From Selaginella moellendorffii (Eukaryota > Plantae > Lycopodiophyta): a stretch of 64,000 bases of DNA. Location of the stretch: positions 1,482,293 to 1,546,292 of the forward strand of contig NW_003314289.1 in the NCBI RefSeq assembly GCF_000143415.4. The letters are read 5' to 3'. The notes beneath the pieces were generated by a model, which saw only the letters and a list, made by a program, of their open reading frames with translations, did no database searches and was not told the origin of the DNA. Positions 11,984-26,384 of this stretch are shown here, in pieces. Each line of letters begins with the position of its first letter. Position 1 is the first letter of the stretch. Made by a program: the position numbers and the translations under genes.

Positions 11984-14659
11984 AGCCTATAAGAAACAGA
12001 TTGACGTGGTAGTTGAGGTGGGCAAAACTCAGCCATGTGGCAGATTCTAGGAACTTTTCAAATTTATGGGAGAATCATGAGATTAAATGCTCCTCTGACG
12101 AAGTATGGAGGTGGCAAAAATCCACCGTAGCAACATAGAAGATATGAGCTCAAGAGCAGCCAAAGCAAGAGAAAGAAGAAGAGAGGAGCGAAGTTGGACA
12201 TGTGGATCAATTTTGTTATGCCATGTGAATTAGAAAACTGGCAGTCCAACAAATTGTGTTAATTTTGATAGTTAAGATTCTGTTTTGGATTTTGAAGGTG
12301 TTACATAGCAAGTGGGAATTCTTTCCTAAGGTAAGAGGATGGTTCTTGAAGGTATGAGAGGCAAACTTAGAAGAGCATGTTGGGAAGAGCTACAATAGCA
12401 AAATCTCAAGGTGGCACTACTGATACATGGCCTTAGAGTGGAAGTTGGCCCAAAGCCAGTGGACTAGCAACACGAGAGGAGTTCACAATTCAGAATCTTT
12501 CTTACAAATCCTGGATGAGGACAGGGATTCTTTACTACATCCAAATACCATGCCCAAGAAATATTAACTTACAACATACCACTAGATGGTTTTTTGAACA
12601 TTGGAGGTTGACCTATAGGGTCTTCACCCTTTAGTGATCTATCAAGTGGTGAAAGCATTTGAAAGCAATATTCCCTAAGAAGGGAATCCATGGCATTCAC
12701 TATTGGTTAGCCCTGACGTTATGAATCTAGGTGAAGAGGAAAAAGATATAAGATTTGCTTAGTGTTTGGGATCTTGTTTTTGTTCTTATTCTTTCATTCT
12801 CTTTCATATCTAAATTTGAGTTTGGATTTCTCTATATCTAGAATTGTAGGTATCAAATATGTTCTTCCTTTTTCAATCTCTGTTGCATTCTCTTCTTCCA
12901 CCATGCCATGTCGTCATCAATCAAGAAGTGTCTCATCCAAGGCTATAGATAATATATCATTATTGTTGTGTTCTCTTCAAATCAAACTTTTAGTGTTGGT
13001 GTGGTGGTGACTATAATTATGGGTATTGAAAGTTATTTATTAACGAATCCTTTTGGATATTCTCCTCATATTGCCATGATATTAGGAGATTGTTATTACA
13101 AGATCCTGTATTAGTTTTTGCTTAAGTTAGTTGAGAAATTGGTCAACACATGAGGGCATTAAGAAAAGAAATCTTAAACAGTCATTTAGTTAAATATATT
13201 TATGGAATGTAGAAATTGTCCTTAACTTGATAGTGTTGTTCTTGTGTATAGATTCACAATTTAACATAATTCCATATATAATAAATTTTTACGAATTTTC
13301 AATTTTCCAAACTTTACACTAGGGTGAAAGCCCAAAGTATGCATTCAAACAAGAAGGGGAGGGGGGGGGGGGGGGGGGGGGGTTGGGATTTTAATTTTTT
13401 AATAGGAATAATAGGTAGGTTGGGCTTGATTAACTAATTTAAGACATTGAATAGCTCCTTATTAGTCATGTCTATCTTTATTTTGTATTAAGCTTGTGTT
13501 TAAGACTAAACTCTATACCATGCTAGTTAATAGAGTGCTCATTTACTCACGTTAGGCTATCAATATACTAAAATAGTGTTAAACTTTGTTTGGCTTTGTT
13601 TAGCTCTATTTTACATGCTTCTTAGCATTGGGATGTTACATGTTTTAGAACTATTCTAATATCACATTGCTCTTGTCCTTTTTCTCCTTTTTCAAGAGTT
13701 TCTCTGTGCTTTGATTCTTTTGTTCATTAGTTATATGCTGGAGAATTTGGATTTGTCCCTTTGTTTAATGGTCCAAAGCCTTGAAACTACTCCATTGCTT
13801 TTAGCCCATATGTCTAATAGTTAAGGTTCTACTCTATGGTTATCTTATGATAAATTATCATAAGGTAAAAAGTAAAAACCATATTTGTTACATATTTTAA
13901 TTCCTAATGTATTGCCATCTCCAACTTTCATGGGATGTGATTATATGGCTTCTTTTGTTCTTGGTGTCCTACCATCTTCTATTGATATAATGTGTGATCA
14001 TGATATTGATTGAAGTATAGATGAAATAATATGGTTTTTGGAGAATGTTTAAAGATCATGTTCATGGGAAAACAATATGTATAAGCTTGACTAAGTTTTT
14101 GATATTGATGAGGAATTTGATTACCTTAAAGATAATTTTAAGGACAAGTTAGAGATTTCACAAAATAAGTGTCAATCCTTCAATCTATCATCTAATCCTT
14201 TTTCATTACATTATGTTCTTTCCTAATATTTTCTTATGTCCTGACTTGAGTTACCTCCTCATGTTTTTTTTTTGTTGCTTCTTCATTTGTAACATTTCCT
14301 TCTTCTCGCACTTGATCATTTGTGATTCTTATAATTCTCATTCTTAGTTTAATATTAAATTGAGATATGGATATTGAGTATGTGCATGGAACAAAAAATC
14401 TTTTTTTTTTTTTTGTGGGTGGAATCTTTGATTGTTTCTAGTATTGAGTATTCCTCTATTCCAAAAGTTTAATCACTTTTGTCAATTTTGGGTTAAGTCC
14501 ATTTTTCCTGATATAAGTGCCAATGAGAGTTTTGACCTTACCATTGCTGTTGAAAAGTTTTTTCTATTCTCCTGAAAGTATGGATTTTCTTATTAATTTT
14601 TGTATTGAGTTATATATTAAAAAGGTTGAACGATATGAATCTCTTACTTATATGGTCAT

Positions 14660-17600
14660 TGTCAAGAACCAACTGCAAAATCAAGAAAAACAAAGGGAAA
14701 TTGACAAGAAAAAATGAGAAAAAGTCAAAGGAAAACTAGCCCCAAGATTGGTGTTGATTGTGGATAAATTTTTACAGCAATTATTAAGCCTTTATAATGC
14801 AAATGAAAGAATGAAGACCATTGGTTTTGAGCTTTAAATTAATGATTCATGTTGCCCGAACCACATGGACCACCCAAAGAATATGAATCAATCTCAAAGG
14901 AAGCCATTAGGTAATGGCTAAAATAATGGTTAGAATAATGACTTAGGAAATTGGTAATGCCAAGGAATCTAGTGACAAGAAGGGGGCTTTTTGATAATAC
15001 CCCCCCTCAAGGACAAGTGGAGCGAGTGCAAGGATTAACTGAGGGAGAGGAAGTAGAAGCAAAGGAATGAGGACCAAGCTTATGAGGATAACAAGTGTGA
15101 AAATCATGGAGTTTAAGAGGGGAATGAGCTAGATGCTCAGTTGGCTTCTAGGAACGGTCCTCAGAATTATAACTAAGCCAATCAACAAGATAAAAGAGCC
15201 AGTTGCGGGAGATTTTGGAGTCAAGAATGGAAGCAACTTTGAACTCAAGCTCATTATGGAGGACAACAGGAGGAAGTGGTGGAGAAGTGTAGTTGGGAAT
15301 GGTGTTGGAAATGTAAGGTTCGAGAAGAGAGGAGTGAAAAACAAGGTGTAAATGCTAGGAAGCAAGCAAAGCAAGACAAAAAGAAATAAGATTGAGTACA
15401 TCGGAGATGGAAAATGGGCTGAGGCACTTGAAGTCTAGCTTGCCAAAAGGTCAATCTGTAGAGATGTTGTGGTGAAGAAGCTTATGGTCACCAGCAACAT
15501 ATGGGGGAGCTGGTTGGCAATGATGATTGGCAAAGCACTTATGGGACTCAATGACGGACTGGAGATGATAAGAGATGGTGGTGTGAATGGTTTGGAGATG
15601 AGTGAAAAAAGTATCAGCCTATGGAATGGCCGGAGTGGTGGAAGAAAGGGGGTGAGAGAGATCAAGATAAAGGTGACGATTGGTATAGGCAAAGAATAGA
15701 GAGTACCGAGTGGAAGAGTGACAAGAGTTGTTATAGAAGAACTCCACAAGAGGCACAAGGTCCAACTAGTCATCTTGTTGATAGCTGATAAAGCAGCGAA
15801 GATATTTCTCCAGCAATTGGATGGTGCGCTCGGTTTGGCTATTGGTTTGAGGATGATAAGCCGATGAGAGGTTGCCATAAATGCCGAGCAACTCGAGAAA
15901 ATAGCGCTAGTACCTAAAGATGAACTAAGGTCCCCTGTAGGTGACGATGTCCGTTGGCAAGCCATGAAGCTAGAACACTCCTTGAGCACCAAGGTGGCCA
16001 TTGCTGTGCCAATGATGGACTTTGAGCATGGCAAGAAATGGGCCATCTTGGTGAATCGATCCACCACCACAAGGATGGAATCAAAACCATGGGAAGGCAG
16101 AAGATCAATCAAGAAGTCCATTGAAATGGACACCCAGGGAGCCGCTGGCACTGCTAGTGAGTGGAGCAGCCCCAATGGTGAATGACGCAAGTGCTTGTTT
16201 CGGGAATATGTGTCACAAAAATCCATGAAGTGCTTGATAAACTCCCACATCTCGGGCCACCAATAATCCCTGGAAACCAACTCAAAAGTCTTATGCTCAC
16301 TGTAATGGCCAGTTGCTTGATCATCATGTCACTGTTGAAGAACAAGCCATCGAGCATCACCAACAGGAACATACAGCTAGTCACTGTGGTACAAGAGGTC
16401 ATCCAGTAAGGTGAAGTTATCGAGCCAAGTGCAGGCAGAAGAAAGAGGATGACTAGGTTGAAGATGAGGAAACACATCCAGAGCAAAGTCATCTAGTTGG
16501 AGATCTTGCCAAATGACCACTGTAATGGCTGGGTCTAACGGAGCCATTGAGATGGCCAAAAGCTAGAGCCAGTCTAGCCCTAGAAGAACTTGGTTCTGGT
16601 TGTCGAAGGCCGGGTCACCAGGATGGAGGCTGAGGTAAGACTGATGGCATCCATCAACCCTTGTTGCTTTCCCGGCCTATAACAGATAACAAAATCAAAT
16701 TGAGAGAGAAATTGAGCCCACCATGCTTATCGATGGCTCAAAACCTGAGCTGAAGAGAAGAACTCTAGGTTCTTATGATCCGTCCACACGGTGATCTGAT
16801 GCGCAGCACCCTTTAGGAAATGGTGCCACTAATGGAAAGAGTCTACAATGGCAAGGAGCTCCTTGTCATGGATCCCATAGTTGATCTTAGCTACGTGGAA
16901 CTTCCAGGAATGGAACACGACCAAATGAAGCTCCTCATCATCACCAAGTTGAGAAATGGTTTTAGCCAAAGCAAGATCAAATGCATCAGCCTCAACAAAG
17001 AATGGCTTGGATGAGAACCGGGGCCAAAACAAAAGCCGCCTTGAAGGAGTTGAATGCCAATTGGGCAGCTGGGGACCACTTGAATGGCACATCCTTGTGG
17101 GTTAGAGCTGTCAATGGCAACACCAGGTCAGAGTACTTGTCAATGAACTTACAATAAAAATTAGCGAAATTGAGAAAACACTGTACGTTGGTGACGGTCT
17201 TTAGCACCTCCCATTCCTAGATCATTTTTACTTTTGCAAGATCCATTGTGGAGACACAATATACCCCAAATACTCAATGGAATCCCAATCAAAGAAACAC
17301 TTCTCAATCTTTGTGTAAAGGCTATGTTCCCGGACCTTGGCCAACACTTGCCATACATGCTGATCATGCTCCTCCTAAGTGTGAGAGAAAACCAGAATAT
17401 CATCAAGATAAACAACCACAAACTGATCCAAAAACTCCCTAAAGATGTCATTTGCCGAATATTGAAAAATGGCAAGGGCATTGGTGAAACAAAATGGCAT
17501 CACTGTGTACTCGAAATGGCCGTAACGACTCCGGAAAGCCATCTTCCACTTGTCCCTAGACTTGATCCTAATGAGATTGTAAGCTCTTCGAAGGTTGATC

Positions 17601-19408
17601 TTGGTGAAAAATTGAGCCCCACCCAGCTGTTCCAGCAACTCCGGGATCAAAAGCAACGGGTACCAATTCTACATGGTGACTTTGTTGAGGCCATAGTAGT
17701 CAACTAGCAGCCGCAAGGTGCTATCCTTCTTCTTGATGAAGAAAATGGGAGTAGATGACTGAGAGTGCCAGATGAAGCTAAATTCTAGATTGGAGTCCAC
17801 ATACTCCTTGAGGGCAGCTAGCTCCAATGGCAAGAGACCATAGATGGGTCCCCATGGGGGATGAGCACCTCAACAGCACAGTTAAAAGGATAATGAGGAG
17901 GAAAAACACTAGCTTTTCTCTTGTCAAAAACATCTTGGAAATCTTGATACTTTGCCGACAAGTAAACAGTTAACTCAATGGAATAACAAACAAGATTAAC
18001 AATCAAAGCAAACAACTAAAAAGGTTCAGACTCATGGACTAACTCTTTCATGGTGATGGTAGAAATGGGCAAAGGGCATGGGCTAAAGTCAAGAATGGGT
18101 TGAGGGTTTAATAATGGTAGTGAAATAGCTGGACGGGAAGCAAAAATGGGAAGAACTAATTTGTCAATGGATGGAAAAGGTAATGGAGGGGTGAAATAGA
18201 GTAGGAGACACAACTTCTTTGCTAATGGATTTGGAGAAGAGTGTTGTACAACTGCTAACAATGGCCAGTAGGGCCGTGGGTCACTGGCAGCATCTTTGGC
18301 AATGGCTATTCCACATGTCCCCATTGAAAGAGTGCTGAGCGCTAGTGATGTGCTGGCTACACAATTGAGTACAACAAGACCCTAACCCTCTAGTGCAGAT
18401 GCAAAACCCGAGCTCGAATCGGCAGCAAGAGTTGAGGGCGATGGAGCAAGCCGTAGGTATTCCCAATTGATCTGCGGGTTGTGAAGACGAAACCACAGGA
18501 GCCTAAGAACCACAACAATGTGCTTGTTGGAGATGATGTTGAAGGCAACGTCAGTGCAAAGATCCCCACCTGAACTCGAAAAGAAATTGTAGCCCAAAGC
18601 CCAATTGAAGGAGCAACAACATGGCCTCCAATACTTTCAATGGTTTGAATCGCATAAAAAAAGGTTGAGATGGGGATCCAATACCGCTGGACAAAAGATT
18701 CATCCATGAAACATGAAGTTGCTCCAAATTCCAATAGAATTGTGGTATGCAGCACTAGTGATTGGGAACCAGGAATCCTCAGAGTCATGGAAAGGTGGAA
18801 GTTGGCAGAGATTGTGGTCAAAGACAAGAATGGAATGGAAAGAGAAGTGGAGGTGGAGGAACTTGATGTTGAACAAAGAGACATTTTATTCCTTGCACAA
18901 TGATCCAATCAGGCAGCTCCTATTCTGATTGGACATCCCCATTTCCCAGCACAGATGTTTCAAGCTCCTCAACAGACAAAGATGGCAACTTTGTTTGCAG
19001 AAGACAGGGTGGCTTCCAAGAACATCCAACCACCCTATGTCCCAAGTCCCCACAATCATGTGGCATTGACACTCAACTGGAGAGAGGTGGTAACAATTGG
19101 TGAAAGGTATTGTGCTAATGTCAATCTCCATTGGAGTTGCCATAGAGGGTGTTGAGGTGGGAGTTGTGATGGCTAGACGAGGTATTGGAGAAGAGAAATT
19201 GTGGTGTGGTTTATGACACTGTTCAAACAGCCGATTGTCACACTTTATTGCCTTCTCAATGGCGTTGTTGAGATCTATTGGGTCTTCCATCATGATTAAC
19301 AAGTCCTTGACGTCGTCACGGAGGCCGAATTGGAACTGGTTAATAATGGCTTGGGTAAGGTTTTGGTAACAGCAAGGAATTTGGTGGCAAGAAAGGGGCT
19401 TTCTGACA
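14660..19408 (-). mobile_element. Degenerate Ty3/gypsy LTR retrotransposon; 3' LTR 14660-14996, 5' LTR reduced to ~70 bp
   Basis: Frameshifted gag, protease, RT ([26 protein letters not shown]), RNase H and integrase (WVSISMDF, VVVDRFTKMAHF). Polypurine tract beside 14997. Termini TGTCA/TGACA; near-TSD GTCAT/ATCAT. Confidence 0.85.
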
Positions 19409-21885
19409 ATCATAACCAAAGTATTTTATAATAAGATTTCCCCTATTATCCAGCTATTTTGCTTAGATAAAATATTTTATATCAAGAAGTCCCTTGTTAA
19501 CTTGTAAGCAACAAAAGGAATGACTTGAAAGACAATCTATAAAGGTTCAAATATAGAGAGAAAAAGCCCATGAATAAAAGTGCACTCCCTTTTCCAATCG
19601 ATTAAAGGTTTTGAGATGCTTGGGGTTAAATATCCTTGAGTTTGAGTAGTATTAGGTTAAGAAGTCTAAATTTAGGAGTTTACATAATCAAACTCTAAGC
19701 ATATTTACTTATTTTTATTTCCTCATCTCTACTTTGACATATTGAAAATTTCTTTTGATACTTCTTTATCCATTTTTTTTCTTTCACAATGTTTCTTTTT
19801 TAAATTTGTTTTTAACTTTCTCCTCTTTTTCCTGACATTTCAAACTTTTTTTTCTTTAGAGGAAAGGGTACAATGAGAGTTCAGCCCTAGTAATGAATTG
19901 AGGATAAGTAAATGATATAAATAGTAGAGTAAAGACAAGCATAGCAAGCTCGAATAAAATATCCAACCCCAATATAGTGAGGCCAAATGAAAATATTTAT
20001 GGCAAAGTAAGAATGAGTGCAACAAGTTCGAATCAAGTCAATGCACTTTTTTTTTTCTTCAAGGAGGGGATATAAAAATATGAAAGACAAATAAAGTAAG
20101 TCCAACTTTTTATATGTGGTTGTAGCACACCTTATCTCTCTCCCCTTAAACCAACTGGAAAAAAAGTAATTGCTTGATAAAAGAGTTTTTAGTCATTCTA
20201 TCCTTATTTATCCCCTAAGGTTTTAAGGATCTATGGTAATAGTATATGCATTACAATGGTGCTAAATAAAGATAAAAGTTATAAATCATGAGTTAAAAGT
20301 TGACCAAATTAAAGATAAGCTCTATTTCGTTAAAGTGGGATTTATTCAATAAAATGGGACTAGGTACAAATTTTCAAGTATTTGAAAATGACGTGAAATT
20401 ATATGTTTTTTGTCCAGGGGCTAGACATATCTGGGGCATGGTGACTAGCGCGGTGACTTTGTGTCCAGACTGAGTCCATCTGGTTGTATAAAAAATCTCA
20501 TTGTCAAGGTGAACAAGCCGAATCTGAAGCTAAAGAAGAGCGATGGCATGCGCGCACACACTATTTGTTTGTTCATTGAGCGTGTGGTGAGCTTTCCAAG
20601 ATGAACGTCATTCCTATTAGCCAGACATATAACTTAATGGTGAGAACATTTAGATATTATTCAATGTTATCTTTTTCTAACGAATCTAATTGTGAAGGTG
20701 TAGCAAGAGGCATTGCTAGTCTGGAGAAGTCATTTAACTCATTTGACCCTTAGTGTATTTTCATGAAACTAAATAACATTCATATTATTAAGGAATTTCT
20801 CTAGTACCTTTTTTTTACGACATAGAGGCTTGCATTTCTTTCAAAGGTGATTTAGTAAAAGGCCTGAGGGCACATGCCATTCTATTTCTCAGACCGGTAT
20901 TAAGATATACTAGTGCAAAGGGCCACATGCTATCACGCCTCCTCTGATTCAGATTCGGATTGTTCACCTTGAAATAAAATAAATTAGAAACTTAGTAAAG
21001 GAATATTAATGAATCTCACCTTATACCCGGGTTATGAATGCTCTTGCTGCATCTCTTGCATGGTCTGGCAAGGTCTCTGACGTTACTGGGGCGTTCTCGA
21101 TAGTTGTTAATGTTGNNNNNNNNNNNNNNNNNNNNNNNNNNNNNNNNNNNNNNNNNNNNNNNNNNNNNNNNNNNNNNNNNNNNNNNNNNNNNNNNNNNNN
21201 NNNNNNNNNNNNNNNNNNNNNNNNNNNNNNNNNNNNNNNNNNNNNNNNNNNNNNNNNNNNNNNNNNNNNNNNNNNNNNNNNNNNNNNNNNNNNNNNNNNN
21301 NNNNNNNNNNNNNNNNNNNNNNNNNNNNNNNNNNNNNNNNNNNNNNNNNNNNNNNNNNNNNNNNNNNNNNNNNNNNNNNNNNNNNNNNNNNNNNNNNNNN
21401 NNNNNNNNNNNNNNNNNNNNNNNNNNNNNNNNNNNNNNNNNNNNNNNNNNNNNNNNNNNNNNNNNNNNNNNNNNNNNNNNNNNNNNNNNNNNNNNNNNNN
21501 NNNNNNNNNNNNNNNNNNNNNNNNNNNNNNNNAATTCAATGCATGATTGTGGAGAGCAATGGCATGAAGCCACATGCTAAATAACATTTTAGAGAAAGAA
21601 TTAAAATAGAAACATGCAAACAGTACTAAGTGGACCAAGACTTAGAAGTGCACAATTGAATGAGGTATTTCTAATAAATATTTCACTCACCTCATATAGG
21701 AATGGCTACCACTCTCAAATGGCGTATCGCCTCATGCCATCACCTCGCAATTTGTTATAACAATCCGATGAATTCATATTCGGCTTGTTCACCTTGAACT
21801 TTAAGTAAGATTTGCTAGAACAACTAAGAATTTATACTTGTTATTTGTATCATCTCACCTAGGAATGGCGTAAGGCCACATGCCA

Positions 21886-24800
21886 TCACGCCTCCTCTGA
21901 TTCAGATTCGGATTGCTCACCTTGAAATAAAATATATTAGAAACTTAGTAAAGGAATATTAATGAATCTCACCTTGAACCCGGGTTATGAATGCTCTTGC
22001 TGCATCTCTTGCATGGTCTGGCAAGGTGATGGTGGCACTCTGCTTCCGCATCAAACCATGCACAACATTATCCACCGATATGCTCATGCTGAGATCCCTT
22101 GGATTCAGCACCCATCTCTTTTCTAGGCAATCCTTCGTATATCCGGAACTTGGCTTGAACCACTCCACAGTTACATTGAAGGAGTTAGTTTTCGCGTCCT
22201 CCTCTGCATCAGTGATGCAGCGCCCCACCCATATCATTTGTTTTTTATTACTGGGTCTGACAAGCACGACCATTCCTTTGCAGACCTGTACTGGATTGAA
22301 TGCTGAATCCGGCTTCTTGTTCCTCGGCCCACAATAGTGATCCTCAACATCGTTATCTGTCACTGCATTTCCAGAGGACATTGTTCCGCTACTATCTGGT
22401 GCTCTGGGTTCTGGCCAAAAGGACTCTTCCAATTCTTCATATACAACCGGCCCATTTTGGATAGCAGATATAATCTTCTCCCAGTATTCGAGCAAAGGCT
22501 TGCACCTCTTAAAATAGGATTCTCCACCAAACACCAACCCCCTCTTCCAGAAGGCAATATGCTGTCTAATCCCGGCCACTATACTTTCCTGGTCTTTGAG
22601 TCCATCCAGGTGCATCGGCCGTGGGGAACCCTGAGGAATCATAGGTTCCCCAGTTATGGGATCTCTCTTGAAGAGTTCAATGCCGTCCACTGGCAGCCAC
22701 ACTGTGTCCCATTCTCTCATCTTGTACCTCATCACTGGAGCACCGTCACGCATGCTGAAATGAAACTGAAGAGGCTTGGAGTGGCCAATCAGCATTTCGG
22801 ATCCGTCCCTGATGTAGCCTCTTACAAACCCCTTAAAGTCTGGAACCTCTGTCACAAGTGCAGCTTCAACAGTGCCTTTGATGCAATTTTGGAATTCATC
22901 GTAGAGTTGTGGGAGGGTGAGGACATTGGATCGCCGGAGGGACTCTGCCAGGTGACTGAACATGGCATCGACGTCTTCATGAGTGTGCCCAACCATGAGA
23001 AAGCCAAGTGTAACCGTTTCAAATATGCCTTTGGCAACAAGCATCGCCAAGTACGCGAAGACGTACATGTTTTTGTTCTCACTGCCAGCATTGTCTGTTT
23101 GGAGCAGAAGATGGGGTGGAAGGCCACATCGGCCGCAAGAACTTCCTTGAGATTCTGCTTCGTTTGGATGAGGCTGTGCATTCACCGGGCGACCAGCCTC
23201 GTCGTAATGGCATGAGGCCTCACGTGATAACCCTACAATCTGACGGCCAACATATTCACTGGGATGGCATGGGGCCCCACGCAATACTGCAAGCCTTTGC
23301 TCCTCCTCCAGCTGAACCCTGTATGGGGTTCGATCGACAAGGGCCTTATGCAAGGGTTGGCCGTTCAGCTCAGTCTGCGCACTTTGCAGAGACCTTAAGT
23401 GTTTTGCTAAGGACGCAATCATCATGTTTGCACCCCCGCCACCCCATAGAGGTACAAAGAAGTTCCCATAGTTCTGGGCACCATGCCCATGAGCGATTAT
23501 GCCAAACAGAGACACAGGCAGCTGCATGGATGAAGAGATTGCCTTGGGGGCAGGATTGAGTCGAGGTAAGCACGTCTTTTTCTGATCCATTTTGTCGTGG
23601 ATGATGCAGAGGTAAGAGTCAGGTCTCTCCATGGAGAGAATCCTGTTATGATAATATGCAGTCCTGCAACTTCTCTGCTCGATGTTGTGGTCGAGCCGCC
23701 TTCTAACCAACGTCTCTCGCTCTTGAGCGCTGCAAGAATTCTTCGACAAAGCCATTTTGATAGCAGTGCACTCGTCACACTTTGAAAAGCTGGAGTACTT
23801 TCCTATACTCACATCCCTGAACCTGTTGCTCCACAATCTACTAAATCTAGATTGGCTCAGCTTCCTGTAGCCATTACTCTGGAGTTCCCGATTCACATCT
23901 TCCAATATGGCCCCCTTGGTATACATGGAAGGGAGAACTTGTTGGGTGTCTCGTGTTCCATCTTCCAAGAGGTGGGTTTTATGTGGTTGCTGCTCGCTAC
24001 ATGTCTCGACAAACCTCTTGAAGATTGCCTCTCCATATACAACATAACCCCTGGTTTTGTGCGTACCGTCGTTCCCATGGACTGCCTGTTGAACCCTTTG
24101 TTCCTCGAACTCAGTTTTGATTCTGTAGAATGTGGTTCGAGGGACTCCATAAATGATTCTCCATGCCTTCATGCAGACCAAACCCCTCTGGAAGACCATG
24201 CCCCCCACCTGATGTTCTGAAGCATCAACAGATGACCGTAATGCCTCATACACAAAATTGCGAGCTGCCTTCCAGGACAATGTCTTGTATCTTGCTCTCT
24301 CCTCTTCAATAGCATCCCAATCAGCATGTTGACAGCACCTCCTCTTGCAACAAGCAACTGTCGAGACCATTCGAACCTCCATTGCCATTTTCTGCCTTTT
24401 CGGTTCGTTGCTCAGATCCCTTTGGCTGCGCTGTAGGAAGGTGTACTTTCTTTTCCCATGAAGAGATGTTCTGTCATCAGTTGTAGTGGTGTTTGATTGT
24501 GAGTCCTTCACATTCTCAAACACTAAATGCCTCAATTTCCACCGCACAATGCTTCCAATAGTCAGACTGTTTTCTTCTGTGTCAACAACCTCTAAAATTG
24601 CAACTCCAATATCATCCCAGCCCAATTCTTGATTAGCAACCGCATCTCTTGGATCGACAACTGTGGCTAAGCCCTCAGCTACCACCTCCCCCTTGGGGTT
24701 GTTTAGAAACACCTTTGCCTGAATCCATGTAGCACGGTTCTTAAGATCCACGGAGGGAACATGCGTCGCACTTGCGCTGTCCCCAACATCTGCTTTCTTC

Positions 24801-25027
24801 TGCAGATTTTTCAAGGCAACAACAACATTTACCCCGACGACCATCTCTCCTCGTTCAATAGCAACCACATTCCCATCGAAGACAGTCTCTACTGATACAG
24901 CAGCATTGCCTTCCCCAAGCCTTTGACAGTGTATAACAAAGTTCCGATCCATAGACACAAGGGTCCCTTTTGCAACTCTCTTCCCACCATTCAAAATGTA
25001 AACCTTTTCCCCAACCCTGAAGGCCAT
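21886..25027 (-). CDS. DDD/E transposase (~1030 aa), Sola-like; exons 25027-21973 and 21920-21886
   Basis: Catalytic-type motifs HDKMDQKK, LQTDNAGSENKN and FLMVGHTHEDVDAMFS; a KCDEC motif; uninterrupted ORF. A 52-bp GT-AG intron (21972-21921) gives the C-terminus GEQSESESEEA*. Confidence 0.82.
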
Positions 25028-25390
25028 TCTGAAAGTGCAGAAAAGAAGTTAAGACCATACAAAAAATGATTGGAGAATGGCCTAAATCATAACATACCAA
25101 ACAACCTCAATAGCATGAGGCCACATGCCATTATTCAAACATGCTATTGACACCCACATGAAATTTCGCATTCACAAAATTGGCATGAGGCCTCATGCCA
25201 TCTTGATATACACACAGCTGCAGGCAAGTAAAAACATACATGACAATACGCTAGCCATGAAATTGCAAGGGCCCAAGATGGCATGTGGCCTCATGCCATT
25301 TCTAAATGTGGTCCTAAACCATTCCATGGTGAACATACCAGGAAGCACAAGTGCCGAATATCAAGAGGAAGCGGTAGCCACACCAAAGAC

Positions 25391-25493
25391 AGTGCCGCTC
25401 GCAACACCGCAACTACTCGTAGCGCCGCTCGCAACACCGCAACTACTCGTAGCGCCGCTCGCAACACCGCAACTGCTCGTAGCGCCGCTCGCA
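25391..25493. repeat. 30-bp CG-rich tandem repeat (~3.4 copies) upstream of the transposase
   Basis: Unit AGCGCCGCTCGCAACACCGCAACTACTCGT. Confidence 0.9.
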
Positions 25494-26352
25494 CAAACTG
25501 CCACTCGCATAAACTGCCGCTCGCAATGGCGCTCGCAATGCCGCAACCGCTTGTAGACGCATAAACCACAGCTCACAACGCCGCTTACACAAGCAGCGCT
25601 CACTGCGCTCAGCGGAACCAAGAACACGGCGCACAAAAATGATAGACCTAGGAATGAGTTCGAGAATTCAAAAATAACACACGCTTGAACGTCACATCAA
25701 ATCCTCTGACAAACCAGATCTTATGATTCCTTTGACAAATTTCAAACTGAGTAGCTTCTAGACTTTGCTGTCGGAGGTTGAACTTTGTCACATCATGTCC
25801 TTGCCTCGATCCAGCTGTGCCATGTCAGTGATTCGAACTTTGCCATGCCATGTCAGCGATCCGCGCCAAGATTATTCGCCGTGTAAAGGAATAATTATGC
25901 TGTGTGTGTACGTCCATTTATGGCAATATAAGGCCACATGCCATTCAAAGAATAATGCTAGTCGAGCATCTTTTGGTGCATTTTTGGGTTCAAAATTGCA
26001 TGAGCCCACACGCTATAAAGTTTACCTGTACCAAAAATAGAAACAGCTTTATTTACTTGGGAATTTATATGGTTGAGGCATTTTTAAACTTACAAACACA
26101 TGCCCTACTTACATTCCTTTGGTTGCTTAAAATTCAAAAATATTATAAACCTTTCTTTTTGCATTTTCAATGTTTTCAATTATGGTTTTTGATTTTCGCA
26201 GGACCAGCCTAGTAATCTATTTGCATCCCGTCATGTTTATAGCTAGCTTTCGTTTGTCCCCTTCGATAGCCTGAGATACATCTGCTCGGCATCTGCCTCT
26301 TACAGCATTTGCCCAGAAAGGGCATCTTTCTTCACGCAGCATTTGCCACATG

Positions 26353-26384
26353 TTTAGGGTTAGGGTTTAGGGTTTAGGGTTTAG
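26353..26384 (+). repeat. Interstitial plant telomere repeat (TTTAGGG, ~4.5 copies)
   Basis: TTTAGGG TTAGGG TTTAGGG TTTAGGG TTTAG. Confidence 0.9.

Noticed and set aside
12000-14650. Possible decayed repeat or gene, including a poly-G tract at ~13356-13382
   Set aside because: No termini or protein motifs could be identified.
21016-21638. ORFs spanning N runs (also 60699-61298 and 62200-62727)
   Set aside because: Artefacts of assembly gaps.
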